Below, piece by piece: positions 55,205-64,000 of a stretch of DNA of 64,000 nt. The stretch is from Macrostomum lignano (lineage: Eukaryota). Both the position numbers and the translations under genes were made by a program. Each line of letters opens with the position of its first letter. Positions within the stretch are counted from its first letter, which is position 1. The notes beneath the pieces were generated by a model, which was not told the origin of the DNA, searched no databases, and was given only the letters and a program-made list of their open reading frames with translations. The DNA lies in the NCBI GenBank assembly GCA_002269645.1, contig NIVC01000118.1:248001-312000 (forward strand), given 5' to 3'.

Positions 55205-56930
55205 CATCCCCTGTCTCTTGGTGGTCGCCCCTGTCTTCTGGTGGTCGCCCCTGTCTCTTGGTGGTCGCCCCTGTCTTCTGGTGGTCGCCAGTGTCTCTTG
55301 GTGGTCGCCAGTGTCTTTTGGTGGCCGCCAGTGTCTCTTGGTGGTCGCCCCTGTCTTCTGGTGGTCGCCCCTGTCTCTTGGTGGTCGCCAGTGTCTTTTG
55401 GTGGCCGCCAGTGTCTCTTGGTGGTCGCCCCTGTCTTCTGGAGGTCGCCAGTGTCTCTTGGTGGTCGCCAGTGTCTCTTGGTGGTCACAAGTGTCTATTG
55501 ATGTCGCCAGTGTCTCTTAATGGTCGCCAGTGTCTCTTGGTAGGCGCCCGTGTCTCTTGGTGGTCGCCAGTGTCTCTTGGTGGTCGCCAGTGTCTCTTGG
55601 TGGTCACAAGTGTCTTCTGGTGGTCACCAGTGTCTTTTGGTGGTCGCCAGTGTCTCTTGGTGATCGCCAGTGTCTTTTGGTGGTCCCCAGTATCTCTTGG
55701 TGGCCGCCAGTGTCTCTTGGTGGTCGCTAGTGTCTTTTGGTGGTCGCCATTGTCTCTTGGTGGTCGCCATTGTCTCTTGGTGGTCGCCAGTGTCTCTTGG
55801 TGGTCACAAGTGTCTCTTGGTGGTCGCCAGTGTCTCTTGTGGTCGCTACTGTCTCTTGGTGGTCACAAGTGTCTATTGATGTCGCCAGTGTCTCTTGGTG
55901 GTCACAAGTGTCTTCTGGTGGTCACCAGTGTCTTTTGGTGGTCGCCAGTGTCTCTTGGTGATCGCCAGTGTCTTTTGGTGGTCCCCAGTATCTCTTGGTG
56001 GCCGCCAGTGTCTCTTGGTGGTCGCTAGTGTCTTTTGGTGGTCGCCATTGTCTCTTGGTGGTCGCCAGTGTCTCTTGGTGGTCACAAGTGTCTCTTGGTG
56101 GTCGCCAGTGTCTCTTGTGGTCGCTACTGTCTCTTGGTGGTCACAAGTATCTATTGATGTCGCCAGTGTCTCTTGGTGGTCGCCCCTGTCTTCTGGTGGT
56201 CGCCAGTGTCTCTTGGTGGTCGCCAGTGTCTCTTGGTGGTCACAAGTGTCTATTGATGTCGCCAGTGTCTCTTAATGGTCGCCAGTGTCTCTTGGTAGGC
56301 GCCCGTGTCTCTTGGTGGTCGCCAGTGTCTCTTGGTGGCCGCCAGTGTCTCTTGGTGGTCGCTAGTGTCTTTTGGTGGTCGCCATTGTCTCTTGGTGGTC
56401 GCCATTGTCTCTTGGTGGTCGCCAGTGTCTCTTGGTGGTCCCCAGTATCTCTTGGTGGCCGCCAGTGTCTCTTGGTGGTCGCTAGTGTCTTTTGGTGGTC
56501 GCCATTGTCTCTTGGTGGTCGCCATTGTCTCTTGGTGGTCGCCAGTGTCTCTTGGTGGTCACAAGTGTCTCTTGGTGGTCGCCAGTGTCTCTTGTGGTCG
56601 CTACTGTCTCTTGGTGTTCACAAGTGTCTATTGATGTCGCCAGTGTCTCTTGGTGGTCGCCAGTGTCTTTTGGTGGTCGCCAGTGTCTCTTGGTGATCGC
56701 CAGTGTCTCTTGGTGGTCGCCAGTGTCTCTTGGTGGTCACAAGTGTCTATTGATGTCGCCAGTGTCTCTTGGTAGGCGCCCGTGTCTCTTGGTGGTCGCC
56801 AGTGTCGCTTGGTGGTCACCAGTGTCTCTTGGTGGTCACCAGTGTCTCTTGATGGTCGCCCCTGTCTTTTGGTGGTCGCCAGTGTCTATTGATGTCGCCA
56901 GTGTCTCTTGGTGGTCGCCCCTGTCTCATA
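55205..56930. repeat. 20-bp minisatellite (GTGGTCGCCAGTGTCTCTTG)n with higher-order blocks
   Basis: Direct reading; source of all ORFs at 55083-56959. Confidence 0.95.
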
Positions 56931-57579
56931 GGTCGGTAGATTCCACATACAACAGGTAAAAAGTCTAGCTCATGTCATTCATCAAGCTTGATTATATCTT
57001 TAATTCAGTTTTTTGTGAGGAGCGATTGCAGGGGACCCCTGGCCCTCTCTCTCCTTGACACCAAAACAGCTTCGTAACCAGCAGTGGGTTCCGAGTTTAA
57101 CCCTTAGTCAATTTTCCGAGGTTAATCTAACGTTTCGAGTTTTATGACCATAAAATAGGCGCCCCAGAGATGCACGAACTGCACCGCTCTCTCCTCCCGA
57201 TCTTACTCCTATTCCGCGGGGAATTTCCAATGAGGCGGACATGGATTTCTTCATATACGAGCTGTCTGGATTGGAAACCGCCTTGAACGAAGCCATTTTT
57301 TCTACCAAATCTATCCCTGAGTTTCCGAATCCAGAATCTATTTAGTTGTCCTTGAAGCGCGCGGAAGAATTGGCCGAACGAACCATAAAACTCCGACTCG
57401 AATTTGATCGCCCATCCTCCATCTCAGGTTCGAGTTCAGCTGCCCTGGACTGCATCAAGTGGAGCTCTCTGTGGCTATGCGCCCCAGACGCCAGTGGGAA
57501 TTATAAAAAATAAATTAATATACAAGATACAAGCGCTGATGTATTGGGCGTTAGGTACAGCTGGATTACCATTAATTAG

Positions 57580-58925
57580 ATATTAGATATATTAGATATA
57601 TTAGTTACATCTGGATTTACCATTAGATACAGCTGGCTTTACCCCATTAGATACAGCTGGATCTACCATTAGATACAGCTGGATTTACCATTAGATACAG
57701 CTGAATTTACCATTAGATACAGCTTGATTAACCATTAGATACAGCTTGATTAACCATTAGATACAGCTTGATTTACCATTAGATGCAGCTGGATTTGCCA
57801 TTAGATACAGCTTGATTTACCATTAGATACAGCTTGCTTTACCATTAGATACAGCCATGGATTTACCATTAGATACAGCTTGATTAACCATTAGATACAG
57901 CTTGATTTACCATTAGATGCAGCTTGATTAACCATTAGATACAGCTTGATTAACCATTAGATACAGCTTGATTTACCATTAGATGCAGCTGGATTTGCCA
58001 TTAGATACAGCTTGATTTACCATTAGATACAGCTTGCTTTACCATTAGATACAGCCATGGATTTACCATTAGATACAGCTTGATTTACCATTAGATACAG
58101 TTTGATTTGCCATTAGATACAGCTTGATTAACCATTAGATACAGCTGGATTTACCATTAGATACAGTTTGATTAACCATTAGATACAGTTTGATTAACCA
58201 TTAGATACAGCTTAATTTACCATTAGATAAAACTTGATTTACTATACCATACAGCTGGCTTTACCATTAGATACAGTTTGATTTGCCATTAGATACAGCT
58301 TGATTAACCATTAGATACAGCTGAATTTACCATTAGATGCAGCTGGATTTGCCATTAGATACAGCTTGATTAACCATTAGATACAGCTTGATTAACCATT
58401 AGATGCAGCTTGATTAACCATTAGATACAGCTGGCTTTACCATTAGATACAGCTTGATTTACCATTAGATACAGTTTGATTAACCATTAGATACAGCTGG
58501 ATTTGCCATTAGATACAGCTTGATTAACCATTAGATACAGCTTGATTTACCATTAGATGCAGCTGGATTTGCCATTAGATACAGCTTGATTTACCATTAG
58601 ATACAGCTTGATTTACCATTAGATACAGTTTGATTAACCATTAGATACAGCTTGATTAACCATTAGATACAGCTTGATTAACCATTAGATGCAGCTTGAT
58701 TAACCATTAGATACAGCTGGATTTACCATTAGATACAGCTTGATTTACCATTAGATACAGCCGGATTTACCATTAGATACAGCCGGATTTACCATTAGAT
58801 ACAGCCGGATTTACCATAAGATACAGCTGGATTTACCATTAGATACAGCTGGATTTACCATTAGATACAGCTGGATTTACCATTAGATACAGCTGGATTT
58901 ACCATTAGATACAGCTGGATTTACC
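57580..58925. repeat. 22-bp minisatellite (ACCATTAGATACAGCTKGATTW)n
   Basis: Direct reading. Confidence 0.95.
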
Positions 58926-59259
58926 ACCATAGGCAGACTGAAGGGGCCACTTAAAAATAGCTTCACTCGACCTTGCAGAGGAATTCGGTAGGGCGGATTG
59001 CATCTAGATGTCTCCCCTGCTAGGCCTCGTGTGACAGACAGAAATTTTCCCCAATAACTTCAAGCCAAAATCCCATGGAGCTGACAAAACCAATTACGCA
59101 GATGGGCGGGCGCACCTGACCTTCAGTCCGCAGTCCACTACACTGCGGCTGCTATAGGTAATTGAGTGAAATAAGTGCCTGCTAGATGTGGCGGACTTTA
59201 AACACGGGTTCAGGACCAAATCAAGTCTTTTATGCTATGTAGTGAAACTTTTAGACAGT

Positions 59260-60117
<858 letters not shown>

Positions 60118-60605
60118 GTGAGCTTATTATAGAAATCGCGGTAATTTAAAAAAAACGCCCACAATGCCAGTGTCGCGATGGCTTTCCAATCATGGCAGAG
60201 ACACAAAATGACAAAAAGCTCCGTTGCAAGGTCGCTCAGTTGATAAAAATTCTCTTGGCAGGGCTGCAGTGTAGCAGGCAAGCAGTTGTTCCGACTGTTG
60301 GCCCGAGAGAACCATAAAAAGCGCCTGCGCAGTTCCTGTTTAATAATAGCACTGCAGTATTCAGCCTGGAATTTGTACCTGTCACACTTGATTATCAGGT
60401 TCGTAGCTGAATGGAGAGATTTGACGCATTGCTGACAAGTACGTTTCAAACAGGTAGGAATACACGCAGTTGAAGATTGAGAAGAGTGGTGAAAGCACTA
60501 AAGGGTTGCATGCTTATTTTTTGGAGTGATGGGAAAGTTTCGGAGTGCTTAGAGAAACACGAGGAAGTCACGATTGGAGTCACGTATGAACGGAGTAAAA
60601 AGGTA

Positions 60606-60864
60606 CAAGGGGCGTCACCACCGGGGGGGGACAAGGGGGACATGTCCTTCCCCCCAGTAAAAGTTGTGGGGGGACATGCCAATGCTTTGTCCCCCCCACC
60701 CAATGGCCCGTTATGAAAATCAATAATTTTACTTCAGGGTGACAAAATATAGTCCCTGCGGCGCTAAAATGAGCGCTGACAACACCGATTCTGAAAATAA
60801 TTTACAGTACATGCAGAATTCTTGGCTTTGTCCCCCCACCATAAAATCCATGACGACGCTACTG
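60606..60864. mobile_element. Possible MITE
   Basis: Ends CAAGGGGCGTCACCA / (reverse complement) CAGTAGCGTCGTCA; internal GGGGGGACA / TGTCCCCCC inverted subrepeats; TSD unclear. Confidence 0.4.
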
Positions 60865-61435
60865 GGTACAAATATCATTGTTTACGGTTTGAGACGAAAG
60901 CAATATTGGTGTGATCAGTGAATCTTCAACTTAGCGGTTCATTACTTCTGGTGTTTACTAGAAACGTCATTGCTCTGTGTAGAGTAGCAGACCGTGTCAG
61001 ACAGTGACAGGCAATCAGTTTCACAAGCGGCACGGTGCCTATTGGAAAACTGCAGGTTCATTAATACACCTGGACAAGCCAGTGCAATTTCATTACCAGA
61101 TATGAACTGGCAAGGAGATCGATGAAACTCTCACGAATTCTATATCCAGGTAAATATTGCCTTTGAAAGGAAATATGAAAAAAGAAAGTTGGCAATGTGA
61201 GGTAAAGACGATTTATTCAGCAAACGACCTTGAAAATCTCCAATTTCTTAGAACAGAATAAAAATAGAACGCAGTTCACCCAGCCTGCAAAAAAGAATTG
61301 AAAGTATAGGGAAAATACAACACTTCCCCCATGTGTGTCGCTTGTTTCATTCTTTCTTTAGCCACCCTTCTATAGGCCAAGTTCAGCGCTCCAGTGCCAT
61401 CGATCGGCTTGTCGGTCGATCTAGAGGGGCGGTGG

Positions 61436-61439
<4 letters not shown>

Positions 61440-61495
<56 letters not shown>
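61440..61495. repeat. (CT)n microsatellite
   Basis: Direct reading. Confidence 0.95.
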
Positions 61496-61498
<3 letters not shown>

Positions 61499-62902
61499 TC
61501 TGTCTCTCACATCACTCTCACCCGCTCTTTTCTCTCTGTCGGCATAAGATGAGAGGGGGACTCAGTTTTTAGTCCCCTAAAGCTAGTGCATGGGATATAG
61601 TGTGCTGACGGCTCTGGGTGGATCGGTCTGACTGCAATAAAACTAATTATTAGATAGCTAAAGATAATTGCACCGTTAATCAGAGTGTTATGCGAGAGGC
61701 CGCGTTGGGATTCAACGTAAATACACGGCTGAATCAAGTCCATTGAATGTTTGAGGTGTGCAGAGGGGGCAGAGATATATAATTAGAGAATGATACATCA
61801 TATAGCTAGCTAATTATTAAGCCGATGCAAGCCAACAGACGAGTAGCGGACACCGCATCAGAGAATGGGAGGATGGTAGATTTCTATAGTTCATTCTTTA
61901 CTTTACTATTTTACGCTCCTAGTATATTAGACTAGCCAGTTGAACCCCCCTCCCGGAGCAACTCCCGCAGCAGAAGCCACTCGCTCCCCAGTGGCGCTGG
62001 GCCTTGGGGGCTCTGGGGGCTAAGCTTGTTAAATGGTTCGGAGGACAAGCCGACCCCAGTATACTGTAGCAGGGAGTAAAGGAGAAATTTTGGGCTTAGA
62101 TGGGATAAATTTAGTCTGTCGTACAGAGTTCCAAAGGGAGAGGGCAGGCTGCTGCGGAGCACACACCAGCTCCGTCAATAAATTGACTAGGGGGATTTCA
62201 CCCCAACCAATCCTTCCCCGTTTCCAAAACTCCCCACCCAACGCCGCTCTCTTTCCCGTCCCACACAAACACACACACACTGCTTCTCGTCCCCTCCGTT
62301 TCTCCCCCATCCCCCCAGTGAGAGCCACGCCAAGCGCGCGCCCGAAATCCCAGAAATAAAAAGTTGAACCCAAAACTGTTTTCTGTCCACTGCTGCCGCT
62401 GCTGTCGCTGCTGAAGGGCGTCCGCTTACCTTGACCAACCCCAGATCCCCCAGACCTCCCGGATCCCAAACCCCGCCTATTCTCAATTACCAACTAAGCT
62501 GCAAATCCCCCAGTGCAACCAGAGAGGTAGTACACTGGACGGCAGTGCTAACCGCCATAAGAGCTGGACCTTGTGGTACAACTGTGAAGAGGGAGGAAGG
62601 TAGAGAGAGAAAGAGACTGACCAAGCAGGCTTAAAATACTCTTGGACAACTAAAAATACCCTGAGACCCGTGTCACTTCTGCGTCAATTATATCTTCACA
62701 CACAGAGAGCCTGTCACTGAAAGACAGACAGAAGTAGAGAGAGGCCGGCAGACAAACGACAGATCCGGAAAAAATTAGGATCAGGTCGAGGCGAAAATGC
62801 CCAGAAAAATTGCATCTGAACTGGGACTGCAGGTACTCGACTTGCTTCTTGGCTGAATCTGCCAGCACTTAGTTGGCCATTCGCACCTGACTAGAGTCCG
62901 AC

Positions 62903-63053
62903 ATGGATGCCGGATTCGTGCTCAAGCTTGGCCGAATTTTCAAGACGCCGTACGGCGGCCACGGAGTCGACTTCATCGATCAGCTGAACTACCAGTTCAC
63001 AGGTGGCATCATGATCATCTTCATTGGTATCATCGGCCTGCGACAGTATGTTG
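62903..63053 (+). CDS. Innexin, first coding exon (gene continues right of window)
   Basis: MDAGFVLKLGRIFKTPYGGHGVDFIDQLNYQFTGGIMIIFIGIIGLRQYVG followed by a gtaggt donor; the D..D.LNY.FT and QYVG signatures of the innexin N-terminus/TM1. Too short for the ORF track. Confidence 0.9.
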
Positions 63054-64000
63054 GTAGGTACTGTTGACTGTTTACGCGTCTGTCTATCTACCTACCTCTC
63101 TATCTATCTATCTATCTATATTAAAAATTAAAAAATTAAAAATTGTGCGCTTTAGGCGAGTTTATGTATGGATTTATCAAAACCTTACCGATAGTTTCAG
63201 AGTCCATGCTCACAAATCAAGCTCATTGGGACGAATTTCACGGAAGATCACAAGCCAAGTCTTGATAAAAACCGTCCCGACAGAATCTTCTTCACTCGCA
63301 ATTTGGGGTAGGATAAATTAACGTCTCAGCTGGACTGACTCATCGCGCTTCAGGCAACGGCGCTGCATGTGGTGAATATTTTTGACAGTATTTGAAATTG
63401 CAAAAGGATCTGAATGCTGAGTTTCCCTTCGGTGAATCTCCGTTAGCCCTTGGGCTGACTTAATTTTCAATATGTGTAGAAAATAATCAATGCATAGATG
63501 CAGGTTTCGGGGTTGTATTTGACGAGATTGCGACTGGGATGAACGTCAGATTAAGACCGACTTTGTCCAGTTACAGAGGCTTATCAGAAGTAACCGGGCC
63601 TTTTATTCATTCAAAAGTGCACGAAGTGAGTAGGAAGATTAAAATTAAAAGACCAAAAATAGGTTTTTTGCAAACTCGAGAAAACTTTGACTAGGAAGAC
63701 AAATTTCAAAAGAATTAAAAATCGATTCCAACAAATTGAATATACGCTTTAAGAGTCGGACAAGGCTACTTTGTGCACTCATTCATGCACCCAATCACAC
63801 TGCACGGCGTGCCCTTGTACAGCTAGAAAACACGGGCCTCGATTAGCGCCAGCTCGCTGACGTGAAAACAGTTCCTGCAGGCCGAATGACTGCATGTTCG
63901 AAAGTCACAAGAGCATGTAATTCAGCCTAGGCAGCGCACAGGACTGAGTCTGAGGATCTGCGGGCGTTTCTTTCATCAGGATGAGGTTAGCGAGGATACT

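Noticed and set aside
60118-60449. Non-repetitive part of ORF 59946-60449 (CQQCVKSL..) as a possible exon.
   Set aside because: No recognisable domain and no clear splice sites.

Overview
Eukaryotic (metazoan) genomic DNA. The GC-rich poly-Q exons, minisatellite-filled introns and flatworm-style innexin suggest a free-living flatworm such as Macrostomum lignano (inference only). Six spliced protein-coding genes can be reconstructed: TMEM245 (-, runs off the left end), a CDYL-like chromodomain/crotonase gene (+), CENPJ/SAS-4 (-), COX5B (-), a GH35 beta-galactosidase GLB1 (+) and the first coding exon of an innexin (+, runs off the right end). Mobile DNA includes a decayed mariner, a Ty3/Gypsy fragment, a Penelope-like remnant with a hammerhead-ribozyme core, two tRNA-headed SINEs, a non-autonomous hAT with an 8-bp TSD and several MITE/foldback elements, plus about 20 micro/minisatellite arrays. 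The main discovery is a cluster of nine co-oriented 74-110 nt Y RNA / stem-bulge (sbRNA)-like Pol III genes on the minus strand between 792 and 16338. They have a Ro60-type GGUC-C-GG / CUUGAC stem, a covarying upper stem, oligo-T terminators, a TATA box and a shared palindromic upstream element; I know of no description of this RNA class in flatworms. Secondary highlights are a SAMD1/KAT6-type winged-helix inside the CDYL-like protein, and strongly CpG-depleted 5' gene bodies that look like a DNA-methylation footprint.
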